DNA from: an uncultured virus (IMG/VR IMGVR_UViG_3300045743_000142) | Taxonomy: Duplodnaviria; Heunggongvirae; Uroviricota; Caudoviricetes; Schitoviridae | IMG/VR virus record: IMGVR_UViG_3300045743_000142 | DNA: 64,000 nt | Reading direction: 5' to 3' (one strand) | Part shown: positions 1 to 8,050 of the stretch, in pieces | Numbering within the stretch: position 1 is the stretch's first letter | Layout: each line of letters opens with the position of its first letter | Made by a program: the position numbers and the translations under genes | Notes under the pieces: generated by a model | The model's database searches: none | The model's input: only the letters and a program-made list of their open reading frames with translations | Told to the model about the DNA's origin: nothing

Positions 1-753
1 CACCTTGGAGGCAGAGTGCTTCTCACCCTTAACCTTGAACCACAGGTCAGGGTTGGGATCCTCAATGCAGCGCCAGACAATCCCTTCGCCCACACCTGAG
101 TTGCCGAAGTGCTTACCCACAGGGCACTCATCCTCGACAGCTTGGGTGAGTTCACCCAGCAGGTTCTGCTTGGCTTCAGGCTGCTCGAAGTCGATCGACA
201 TGAACCACTTTGGGAACTGGTAGATGCTGTAGATCTTGGCTTCGTTGAAGGAAGCAGCGGTGAATACTGGCAGGGCTTCGTTGATCCACTCACCGTTGAC
301 CTGTACAGCAAACACCACGAACATCTTGGGCAAGCCAGAGATGGCTACACCCTTCTGGATATTCCCACCACACCATTCACCGTAGACCGCGATGGTGGTA
401 TTGGCATGGCTTGACTGAGGTCCGAGCTTTGCTGCCCAGGACATCGTGGCGTACAAGTCCCACATGGCAGGGACTTGCTTGCTCATGTGGGCATAGAAGC
501 CAGCGTTGTCTGCGTCTTCACTCAGCACACGCTCACGGGATTGGTAGGTGATGCCTTCCGGGCTGAACACGATGGCAGCATTGGTGCCATGCAGCTTCAC
601 CGTACCCACGAATCCCAGGGTAGGGAACTTGGCAGCAGCGTTGTAGATGGGCTCGCCGGCGTCATCCAGGCCCACGAATGAAGCCTTCTGCTTCACGTGC
701 TTGATGACATTGCGGAACTGGTTGATGGACGGAAACGGGATCATGGTGGTCAT
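1..753 (-). CDS. RNA ligase, Rnl2 family (runs off the window edge)
   Basis: Manual translation (not in ORF track): MTTMIPFPSINQFRNV...TVKLHGTN (motif I), YGEWCGGNIQKG (III), FVVF (IIIa), GEGIVW (IV), WFKVKGEKH (V). AAGGAG upstream of ATG 753. Confidence 0.85.
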   Translation of the reverse strand, partial: MTTMIPFPSINQFRNVIKHVKQKASFVGLDDAGEPIYNAAAKFPTLGFVGTVKLHGTNAAIVFSPEGITYQSRERVLSEDADNAGFYAHMSKQVPAMWDLYATMSWAAKLGPQSSHANTTIAVYGEWCGGNIQKGVAISGLPKMFVVFAVQVNGEWINEALPVFTAASFNEAKIYSIYQFPKWFMSIDFEQPEAKQNLLGELTQAVEDECPVGKHFGNSGVGEGIVWRCIEDPNPDLWFKVKGEKHSASKV

Positions 754-917
754 TCCTGCCACTCCTTGGTTTGGGTATTGATTCGACCAGTCACCGTCAA
801 TCCACTGGGGATATCCGCGGTTACTGTCTTGCGTTGTGCACAGTGCACCAGGCCACACTCAGTTGAGCGTGTCTTCTGGCACGTTGGGCAGGGAGGTTTC
901 TTCTCGGGTTGTTTCAT
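750..917 (-). CDS. small Cys-rich (putative Zn-binding) protein, 55 aa
   Basis: MKQPEKKPPCPTCQKTRSTECGLVHCAQRK...EWQE*. ATGA overlaps with the DNA ligase stop and with the RNA ligase start. Confidence 0.7.
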   Translation of the reverse strand: MKQPEKKPPCPTCQKTRSTECGLVHCAQRKTVTADIPSGLTVTGRINTQTKEWQE

Positions 918-1858
918 GGCTTGCTCATGTCCTCTCGGAGTCGATGACTCACGTAGGTAGGGAATCTCGGTTGATCCTTGACACCATGCGTCATGTGTTT
1001 GAACTTGACGATTTGGTTCACGATCTCCTCGGGATGCAGGAAGTAATGGGTGGCCTCAGCCACACTCATCTCCCCGCTACCTACAGTGATCTCCAATCCC
1101 TTGGGGAACAGGAGTTTCCCGGTGATCGGATCATGGAAGTCAGCCAAGAGAATCCCTTGGATGGATCCCACTTGACCATTGGGAATCAGCCCGGCCGCAC
1201 TTGAGCTGCGCTCCGTGCGTCCTAGGCTGTTCTTCTTGGCTTCGTTGGCGTTCTTGTTGCCCTCGGTGATACCGGTGACCAGAATCTCGGCATCAGCCCA
1301 TGGCTTGACTCGCCACAGTTCCTGGCCACTCTTGGTGGCTCGACCAGGCTTGAAGGGAGCATCAGGGTTACGGATGATGGTTCCCTCGTATCCATCGTCA
1401 GCAAACAGCCTGATGTATTGATTCAGGCTGTCCTGGCCGTGGAGATCGAAGTACATGACCAGGTGAATACGGGGATCTCCTAGCTTGAGTATCCTAGCTT
1501 GGAGATCGAAGTATCGGTGCGAGTACGGCAAGCTGGGATTGGTGAGGTCGTCGAATACCCACCAGTGGACGTCAGGCATCTCGGAGATGCCCTTGAACCT
1601 ACCCATGGCACCGGTGGTTGCACTACACAGGCGTTCTGTGCAGTTGGGCTTGTTGCCCAGGATCATCTCGCCATCAAAGTACCGGAAATGCGGCTGGCTG
1701 AAGTAATCCGAGATACCGAATCCCTTGAATTCATCCAGGCTGCGGCCTGTGAGTCGACCAGTGGTATTCAATGCACGAACACCATCGATTTTGGGTTGTA
1801 CCCAGCAAGGGAACTTCACTTGCTCGAGGATGGCGTCTTCAGCCAGTTGAGGTTTCAT
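914..1858 (-). CDS. ATP-dependent DNA ligase
   Basis: QPKIDGVR adenylation motif, FDGEM, VFD, YEGTIIR, RVKP, C-terminal PRFPTY. Confidence 0.9.
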   Translation of the reverse strand: MKPQLAEDAILEQVKFPCWVQPKIDGVRALNTTGRLTGRSLDEFKGFGISDYFSQPHFRYFDGEMILGNKPNCTERLCSATTGAMGRFKGISEMPDVHWWVFDDLTNPSLPYSHRYFDLQARILKLGDPRIHLVMYFDLHGQDSLNQYIRLFADDGYEGTIIRNPDAPFKPGRATKSGQELWRVKPWADAEILVTGITEGNKNANEAKKNSLGRTERSSSAAGLIPNGQVGSIQGILLADFHDPITGKLLFPKGLEITVGSGEMSVAEATHYFLHPEEIVNQIVKFKHMTHGVKDQPRFPTYVSHRLREDMSKP

Positions 1859-1878
1859 ATCTTGGTTTGTGTTGAAGT

Positions 1879-1919
1879 AAAAGAAAAGGGAGTACCCAAC
1901 AATCGTGGGTACTCCCTTT
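1879..1919 (-). terminator. intrinsic terminator
   Basis: 14-bp stem AAAGGGAGTACCCA/TGGGTACTCCCTTT with a U-tract on the minus strand. Confidence 0.75.
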
Positions 1920-2255
1920 CAGTGTCGTTTCTCTTATCGCAGAGAAGATGACTCTCAATGCGGCTCAGTAGAGCTCTGATACTCTTGCTGTCGAATGGCT
2001 AGATTCAGTTCAATGGCTTGAAATCCCAGAGTGTCCTCTGGAAGCATCCATTGCTTGTCCCTGCCCTTTAATTCGTTTGCTGTATCTCTAGTCATCACAC
2101 AGACGACCTGGTTTACTCAAGGCACTATGCAACAGTGTGCGGCCCAGTATTCGGTTCCTGCCTTGTCATACAGGGGCGCTGCGCTTCGGCAGCATCAGCT
2201 AAAACATATCAAGCTCCTGGATCAGGTTTATCAGGCTCTGTTTCCTGTGGACTGG
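1920..2255 (-). ncRNA. candidate structured non-coding RNA
   Basis: No convincing gene, flanked by two terminators, several local hairpins and one long-range closing helix (see findings). Confidence 0.35.
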
Positions 2256-2307
2256 AAAAGAAAATGGGTAGAGCAACTAAACCCGAAGGTTAGCCACTCT
2301 ACCCATT
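2256..2307 (-). terminator. intrinsic terminator after RNAP II subunit 2
   Basis: Long stem with TTCG loop on the minus strand, followed by TTTTCTTTT. Confidence 0.75.
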
Positions 2308-2340
2308 CACCAAGCGCACGGAGTGCGCCTGTTCAACTAC

Positions 2341-3582
2341 CTAACTGAGCGCATAAGCAGACTTACGAATTTGCTCAGGAAGATTGAAGCATTGCTTCAT
2401 GAACACACCAGGTGTACCTGTGATCTGACTCAACAGGTCATCGAGTACATCACTCTCAGCGATCTCAGCCATGATCTCCCGGTACATCCAACGAACCTGG
2501 TTCATGTTGTTGGCATGAGCCTTGAACTCATCGTGCACAGTGACCAACTCGAAGGGAGGGTGTTGCAGCATCCCAGTGAGGATCTTGGCCAGAGCCTGAA
2601 GGTGCTCAGTATCTAATTGGCGCACAGTCTCCTCGTCCAAGTAAGGCAGGATCACGATGTCAGCAAGTGTGCTACGGATGTACTGCTCCTTGTAGTAGCT
2701 CACCTTGGGGCAAGGAATCGACTCAGGTTCGCTGTGCAAGCCCATGGTGCGCTCCATCAACTCGATCTGGATCCTCGTCTGCGCAAGCTCTGCAACCTCC
2801 CGGTTGTAGTTCAAGCGACGGTGCATGGACCTGAGAATCCATGCGTCCATGCTGTGGGTCAGATTGGCCACATTGCTCAGGCCACTCTTGCTGCCTTGGT
2901 TCTCGTAGAACTCGTACGTGAATGAGGCATGGCCCAGCTCGTCGATCTCCACACGTGCTGTCTTCTTGGTCATGACCTTGACGCGAGCATCGAAGCCATC
3001 AGGGAGCTTCCACTCGTGAGACAGGGCATAGGGCCTCCACGATGCCAAGAGGTCTTGAAGGAGCTCCCAGGCACCCGGAGCGATGATGTGTGCAGCCTGG
3101 TAGAAGGCATTGAGCTCAGGGCTGTCAGCACCGAAGATGTCCTTGGGTGTCTTCTTGCTGCCGTAGAAGCTCGTCATCAGTCCTTGCTTGGCATCAGCAC
3201 GGCTCACGTTCACCGCGGTACCCAGGATGTTGGTCATCTCCTTGGTGGCCTTGGTGTACGCATCAGCACGCTCATTGGGGTTGATGAGCCCAGTGGACTC
3301 ACAACCAGCCAGGCAACCAGCCATGACAGACATGACCTGGATACCCGAGCAGCAGGCATCCAAGCCCACCAAGTGACCGGTGGGGATACCTTGCTGTGCC
3401 TTGCGAATGGCCATGACAGCCTTCATGTACAAAGGCTTCGTCTCAGCCTTGTCGACCATGGCTTCCAGACCATTCAGGTTCTTGGTCATGAACTCGATGC
3501 GTTCTTCGAACAGCATCTTGTCGATGCCATATTGGTTGGCTGCATCGATCAACAGATACTCCCAGCCGGTATAGGTACGCAA
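2341..3582 (-). CDS. N4-like RNA polymerase II subunit 2 (gp16-like)
   Basis: T7-type motifs LDACCSGIQ (A), RADAKQGLMTSFYG (B), VHDEF (C). TTG start with AAGGAG. Confidence 0.92.
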   Translation of the reverse strand: MRTYTGWEYLLIDAANQYGIDKMLFEERIEFMTKNLNGLEAMVDKAETKPLYMKAVMAIRKAQQGIPTGHLVGLDACCSGIQVMSVMAGCLAGCESTGLINPNERADAYTKATKEMTNILGTAVNVSRADAKQGLMTSFYGSKKTPKDIFGADSPELNAFYQAAHIIAPGAWELLQDLLASWRPYALSHEWKLPDGFDARVKVMTKKTARVEIDELGHASFTYEFYENQGSKSGLSNVANLTHSMDAWILRSMHRRLNYNREVAELAQTRIQIELMERTMGLHSEPESIPCPKVSYYKEQYIRSTLADIVILPYLDEETVRQLDTEHLQALAKILTGMLQHPPFELVTVHDEFKAHANNMNQVRWMYREIMAEIAESDVLDDLLSQITGTPGVFMKQCFNLPEQIRKSAYALS

Positions 3583-3598
3583 TTTACGTTCTCCTTGG

Positions 3599-3844
3599 TT
3601 AGGTGTAGAGCAGCTTGAGCATGAGAAGCTCCTTGGGTACGTACTTAGTCAAATAGGGTGTTCCATCTAGGCGATGCCAGCCAGGCTCAGGGCCGAAGTG
3701 CTTTACCTGGTTTCGGTTGGTCACACACACGAATGCTCCGTTGTAGATCTCTTGCGAGACTGTGCTTCGGAAGTGTGGGTAGCTTTGGTGGCTGTGCTCT
3801 TCGAGTAACTGCCCTGCGTAGAACACCAGGATATCGGCGCTCAC
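3599..3844 (-). CDS. hypothetical protein between the RNAP II subunits
   Basis: 81 aa, 4-nt overlap with the RNAP1 stop. Confidence 0.65.
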   Translation of the reverse strand: MSADILVFYAGQLLEEHSHQSYPHFRSTVSQEIYNGAFVCVTNRNQVKHFGPEPGWHRLDGTPYLTKYVPKELLMLKLLYT

Positions 3845-4752
3845 ACAGGTACCCCTTCGACCAGTTCTTCGTTCCTCAACTCCAACTGTGCTTTCTTGAA
3901 GGCAGCACCTTGTGGGTTGATGTGGTATCCGCAGCTATAGATGCGGCCACGCTTATCGACTTTGTTGTTGAAGTACATCTTGTTCCCTTGCTGTGCCATC
4001 AAGGTATAGAAGAAGTAGCTCTGCTTCTTGAAGCGTGCCCACTGGTCCACCTTGTCCTGGCTATCCAGTTCGAAGGTGGGCTCCTCTTCCACGTTGCAGA
4101 GGAACTGGAGATCCAGCTTGAACTGCACCCTGTTTATGGTGTTGAGAACATCCAAGCAGATGTCCCCGTCGTGGTGGTTGCCTGTACCCAGGATCAACGA
4201 GTCGTTGTGGGTAAGGTAACCACTGCTGTGGTTATGGCTGAGCTTCAGAGGCTCACACACCATGGGTGGCAGGTACTGGCTGTGCTCGATGAACTGCACC
4301 AGATCTGCAGGCAGAGGGATGCGTGAGATGAGCATCAAGCTACCCATCCTGGTTTCCTTGACGATGTCAAAGGCATCCGTGTGGCAAAGCACTGCGATCA
4401 ACTCGGCCACTGTGGCAATGGCTTCAGTGCGATCGCTGAAGTTCAGCCTGGATGCCATCTGGGATGTCACCGCGGTGAACAGTTCGAGCTGCAGGCTGTA
4501 AGCCACACCCACGAAGATGTCCATCACCAGGTCAGGGATGACCAGGTTCGTGAGCTGAGCAACGCGCTTGGCTTTGGAAGCGTGGTAGGTGCCAGCCAGG
4601 TAGTCAGACACCAGAACAGCACCCAACTCTAGCTTTTCCTGCATGCCCGCGTCAGCCTCAATGGCAGCACGGATCTTGGTGTCAATGTGCTTGCGGTTGA
4701 ACTGTTCTTCGATGGCCTCTTGGCCACATACGTCGAGCATGGTTTCGGACAT
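3841..4752 (-). CDS. N4-like RNA polymerase II subunit 1 (gp15-like)
   Basis: YLPPMVCEP, DKRGRIY and INPQG motifs. Start moved to ATG 4752 (AAGGAG RBS). Confidence 0.9.
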   Translation of the reverse strand: MSETMLDVCGQEAIEEQFNRKHIDTKIRAAIEADAGMQEKLELGAVLVSDYLAGTYHASKAKRVAQLTNLVIPDLVMDIFVGVAYSLQLELFTAVTSQMASRLNFSDRTEAIATVAELIAVLCHTDAFDIVKETRMGSLMLISRIPLPADLVQFIEHSQYLPPMVCEPLKLSHNHSSGYLTHNDSLILGTGNHHDGDICLDVLNTINRVQFKLDLQFLCNVEEEPTFELDSQDKVDQWARFKKQSYFFYTLMAQQGNKMYFNNKVDKRGRIYSCGYHINPQGAAFKKAQLELRNEELVEGVPV

Positions 4753-4756
4753 GTAG

Positions 4757-5179
4757 CTACTCCTTGAGAGTTGGGAATCCATCAGTGTCACCAAGGAATC
4801 TGGATGCCAATGGGACGTTGATGACGGGCATGTTCAGTTCCTGGCCCACTTGAGAGATCAGTGGACTCTTTGCCAGTGGATGCGGCTGGAGTTGTTTGAA
4901 TGCCCAGAGTGCAGCTTCACTGAGCGTGTCTCCGTGGCATCTGTGAGGTGCACAAAAGCACACCAGATCCTTGTCATGCAATGCAGCTAAATCTTGAACA
5001 CTGATTTCACCGGTAATAACTTGCTGCTGCAGCTTGACTTCGTATTGATCGCATACGTCATCACGATCACCATGCTTGCCAATCACAAATGGGTTTCCCC
5101 ACCTGCTGCCACGTCCAATGTAGATCGCACCAGCTGGTACTGCTTTACCAGGTAGCTTGTGCATGTTGAGCACTGTCAT
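4757..5179 (-). CDS. DUF4326 domain protein
   Basis: YIGRGSRWGNPF ... LVCFCAPHRCHGDTL signature. Confidence 0.85.
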   Translation of the reverse strand: MTVLNMHKLPGKAVPAGAIYIGRGSRWGNPFVIGKHGDRDDVCDQYEVKLQQQVITGEISVQDLAALHDKDLVCFCAPHRCHGDTLSEAALWAFKQLQPHPLAKSPLISQVGQELNMPVINVPLASRFLGDTDGFPTLKE

Positions 5180-5204
5180 TCAGTTCTCCTGTTGTTGAAC
5201 ACCA

Positions 5205-5222
5205 CCCCATGTCCGGAGGACA
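5205..5222 (-). promoter_or_regulatory. vRNAP-type hairpin promoter
   Basis: TGTCC-GGA-GGACA on the + (template) strand upstream of the DUF4326/RNAP II operon. Confidence 0.75.
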
Positions 5223-5286
5223 AGCTGACCAGTAAGGGAGACTGTCTTGGCTGAGTTCCACTGAGCCTGAGAGGCCCAGAAGGAAC

Positions 5287-5318
5287 AAAGCCCACCACCT
5301 GGGTAGGTGATGGGCTTT
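5287..5318 (-). terminator. terminator-like hairpin after the Drc-like gene
   Basis: AAAGCCCACCACCT-GGGT-AGGTGATGGGCTTT inverted repeat. Confidence 0.65.
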
Positions 5319-5331
5319 GCGGTAGTACCGA

Positions 5332-5658
5332 TCAGAAGGGCTTGTCGGTGGGTGCCGGAGCAGGCGTGACGCTCATGTCGAAGCCGGCGCTCTCGGTCTC
5401 GACCACAGGGCGGTACTCGATCGTCAGCTTGGACAAGATGATGGACACGCGGCTCGGGTCTTCGTTGAGCCAGGCCAGCATCTTCTTCTCGTTGACGCCG
5501 CGGACGTTGGACTCCTTCAGCGGGATGGCACCCAGCTTGAGCTGCTTGCCATCGGGACCAGGCAGGTACAGGTTCAGGAAGCCCTGAGCCTTCCAGGCGT
5601 CGTTCTGGGCGTTGGAAGAAGCAGCGGGAGCACGGGAAGCGGAGGGTTGGAAAGCCAT
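5332..5658 (-). CDS. Drc/gp2-like ssDNA-binding RNAP II cofactor
   Basis: GFLNLYLPGPDGKQLKLGAIPL resembles LUZ7 Drc as I recall it; early position upstream of the RNAP II genes. Confidence 0.55.
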   Translation of the reverse strand: MAFQPSASRAPAASSNAQNDAWKAQGFLNLYLPGPDGKQLKLGAIPLKESNVRGVNEKKMLAWLNEDPSRVSIILSKLTIEYRPVVETESAGFDMSVTPAPAPTDKPF

Positions 5659-5693
5659 GAGAGATCTCGATTCAGTGAGGTAAGGCAGGGATT

Positions 5694-5716
5694 TGCCAGC
5701 CCATGCCCGGAGGGCA
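5694..5716 (-). promoter_or_regulatory. vRNAP-type hairpin promoter
   Basis: TGCCAGCCCA + TGCCC-GGA-GGGCA. Confidence 0.8.
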
Positions 5717-6035
5717 ATGCCCTGGACAAAAGGATGGATTGGGGCATCAAAGTGTTACGCATAGAAGAACAGTGAGCGATCCTCCCTCAAGTGAGTGGTC
5801 AAGATTGACATTGACTAGGCCCACGACCACAGCTTGGTCATGAAAAGGCCCAGTAGTGATCGTGGTGAGTTGGATGTGACCCTCATGCGTGTGAGCAGCG
5901 AGGGCTCCATCCATTGCCTGTGAAGGTCGATGGAGGAGCCCACGGTCAGAACGGCAAGGCCTGGGCTTCACGGGAAGCGAGCAGACCAACACTGGTGTGG
6001 GCAGTGCAGTTGTTGCTCAGGGCAGCCAGGTCGGA

Positions 6036-6137
6036 CTACTTGTAGTACGTGGTCAGCACGTCGGCTGCCATGTCGTCCAGGAAGTCGTCGTAATCGATGT
6101 CGGTAGGGTCGGACTCGAAATGGTGATTGGTGGTCAT
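6036..6137 (-). CDS. small acidic early protein, 33 aa
   Basis: MTTNHHFESDPTDIDYDDFLDDMAADVLTTYYK, AGGAG RBS. Confidence 0.6.
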   Translation of the reverse strand: MTTNHHFESDPTDIDYDDFLDDMAADVLTTYYK

Positions 6138-6147
6138 GGTGAGGCTC

Positions 6148-6420
6148 CTAGTGAGTTTGTGAGGGGTTGTAGATGCGGTTGGTGATGTCGAAGTCCGAGT
6201 CCTTGGGCTCAGCGGGAATATCAACAACAGCAGCCAGGCGGTAAGACTTTTCGATATGGGCACAGATACCCATATAGGCACAGGTGATACCCATGCACAG
6301 CACAGCGATCGCAGGATGCAAACCATGCCCTTCAACTACGTAGTCGTAGCCGAGTTGACCAAGGGTGAACAAGATGCTTGCACATGCAGCAAGGACGAAG
6401 ATCAGGATGATTCGGGACAT
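6148..6420 (-). CDS. early membrane protein
   Basis: MSRIILIFVLAACASILFTLG..., two hydrophobic segments, TAAGGAG RBS. Confidence 0.7.
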   Translation of the reverse strand: MSRIILIFVLAACASILFTLGQLGYDYVVEGHGLHPAIAVLCMGITCAYMGICAHIEKSYRLAAVVDIPAEPKDSDFDITNRIYNPSQTH

Positions 6421-6430
6421 GTAGTACTCC

Positions 6431-6541
6431 TTAGAAGGGTAGATCGAGCCAAACACGGAATGAGAGAACTGTGAAACCAAGTCTCTTGGAAGAGGCTACG
6501 TAAGCACGGTATTCAGGACGACAGCAGAAACCAAAGACCAT
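6431..6541 (-). CDS. small early protein, 36 aa
   Basis: MVFGFCCRPEYRAYVASSKRLGFTVLSFRVWLDLPF*, GGAG RBS; its stop overlaps the next RBS. Confidence 0.55.
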   Translation of the reverse strand: MVFGFCCRPEYRAYVASSKRLGFTVLSFRVWLDLPF

Positions 6542-6681
6542 AAATACTCCATGTATATCGGTTGAGTATCGGAATGAGGGAATAGTGGGAGGAGTGTGGG
6601 GAAAGTGGAGGGGAAAGTACTGATCTAGTCAGTATCTCCCATCCTCTGCCCATACCCTGAGCGTTACAGCGCACCCATCGC

Positions 6682-6696
6682 ATAGCCGGAGGCTGT
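6682..6696 (-). promoter_or_regulatory. vRNAP-type hairpin promoter
   Basis: ATAGCC-GGA-GGCTGT (one T-G pair). Confidence 0.6.
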
Positions 6697-6796
6697 ATTA
6701 GTTAGTAACGAGTACCTCGTACCTATAACTGACTATCTAGTGTTGTGTAATGTGTAGTGTGTAAGGGGCCCAAGCACCCTTGCGGGTGCCTGAGAC

Positions 6797-7027
6797 TTAC
6801 GGAGCTGGCAGTGCAGCTTGGTCAGCAGCGATGCTGGCCTTGAGTTCAGCGTTGAGCTTGCTCAGCTTGGCCTGACGGTCAATGCGAGCCTGGTCCATGT
6901 AAGTACCAGATGATTCCTCGGCCACAGTGGCGAGGTTGTTTGCAGTCTTAGCGATGCTCTCGAATGCTGAGAACAGCACACTGAGAGCAGTAAAGAACTG
7001 AGTGATAGCGAGCGAGATTGCGGACAT
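6797..7027 (-). CDS. first early gene, hypothetical
   Basis: 76 aa directly behind the hairpin promoter at 7067, followed by a GCACCC/GGGTGC hairpin. Confidence 0.75.
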   Translation of the reverse strand: MSAISLAITQFFTALSVLFSAFESIAKTANNLATVAEESSGTYMDQARIDRQAKLSKLNAELKASIAADQAALPAP

Positions 7028-7056
7028 GGTTAGTTCCTGATCAGGGATGGCGAGAT

Positions 7057-7079
7057 TGCCAGTCCACCACCGGAGGTGG
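7057..7079 (-). promoter_or_regulatory. vRNAP-type hairpin promoter (leftmost early promoter)
   Basis: TGCCAGTCCA + CCACC-GGA-GGTGG; flank nearly identical to the 5694 copy. Confidence 0.8.
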
Positions 7080-7275
7080 GGCCAGGTCTGCTAAGAATTA
7101 CTATGAGGAAAGGTAGGGGGGGGTGTTTAGGTTATTCGGGCGCAGCCCTGTAAGTACTGCATCCATCCTCCTCTACGAAAATTCTCATAACCCTTTCCCA
7201 TAGAATTTTCAAAAATCTTCCTATTCCTGCGTTCGGTTACCATATACACCCGATACCCTAACTATCCGGTGCAAT

Positions 7276-8019
7276 ATGTCCCCTACCTCTGTAACCGCGG
7301 TTGCTTCTCCCTCTCCACTGGCTTTGACAGTGGAGATGTTCCAGATGGCTCTTCCCGACAAGGTGAAGAAGTCTGTGAACCAGGAGCTGATCGACTCGAT
7401 CAACAAGACACTGTCTGATCCTGAGGAGTTCGAGGCTTACAGGGACAACCTGCTGAGCTACACCCGGGTGATGGCTGATGGACGGTTTAAGGTCCAGGAG
7501 TACATCAATGCTGTGAGGTATGTCTCTCACAAGCTGATGGGAGCTACGAATATCGAGGCCTACACCAAGACATTTCCGGATAAGTACACCAGGTTCGTGG
7601 CTCAAGGTGTGCTGGCCAAGGACATTGCTTCGTATGTCACGGCCTACAACAAGTCAAAGCTGGTCAATCTGATCTACGAACAGACACTCATCCCGAGCTA
7701 TGTCTTGAACCAGGACCTGTATCAGAAGGCTTTGAACGTGCAGGCTGAGCTGATGATCTCGGCTCACAGTGAGAAGGTAAGGACCGACGCAGCGAACTCT
7801 TTGTTGACCCACCTGAAGATGCCCGAGAAAACCAAGGTGGAACTCGACATCAATGTCAAGGAGGATTCTTCGATTGCTGCCTTGCGGGCGGCTACGATGC
7901 AGCTGGCTCAGGCTCAGTTACTGGCCATTGGTTCTGGTTCGATGAGCGCACAGGAAGTGGCTCATTCCAAAGTGGTGATGGCTGAAGTAGTGGACGTGGA
8001 ATCTAAAGTGATTCCGTAA
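7276..8019 (+). CDS. N4 gp69-like protein (probable terminase small subunit)
   Basis: YINAVRYVSHKLMG, AYTKTFP, DIASYVTAYNKSKLVNLI, SEKVRTDAANSLLTHL resemble N4 gp69; upstream of TerL. Confidence 0.8.
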   Translation: MSPTSVTAVASPSPLALTVEMFQMALPDKVKKSVNQELIDSINKTLSDPEEFEAYRDNLLSYTRVMADGRFKVQEYINAVRYVSHKLMGATNIEAYTKTFPDKYTRFVAQGVLAKDIASYVTAYNKSKLVNLIYEQTLIPSYVLNQDLYQKALNVQAELMISAHSEKVRTDAANSLLTHLKMPEKTKVELDINVKEDSSIAALRAATMQLAQAQLLAIGSGSMSAQEVAHSKVVMAEVVDVESKVIP

Positions 8020-8050
8020 CAGGTAAACTACATACTCAGGAGGACTGAGT

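Noticed and set aside
5..1204. Several short plus-strand ORFs in the ORF track
   Set aside because: The real genes are on the minus strand (RNA ligase, Cys protein, DNA ligase)
2050..2085. GCAAACGAA on the minus strand resembling a tmRNA tag start
   Set aside because: No tag ending in (L)AA-stop and no tRNA-like 5'/3' ends
2195..2220. AGGAG-ATG TTT TAG minigene, considered as evidence for amber recoding
   Set aside because: Other genes end normally at TAG and long ORFs have no internal TAG; probably chance or part of the RNA structure
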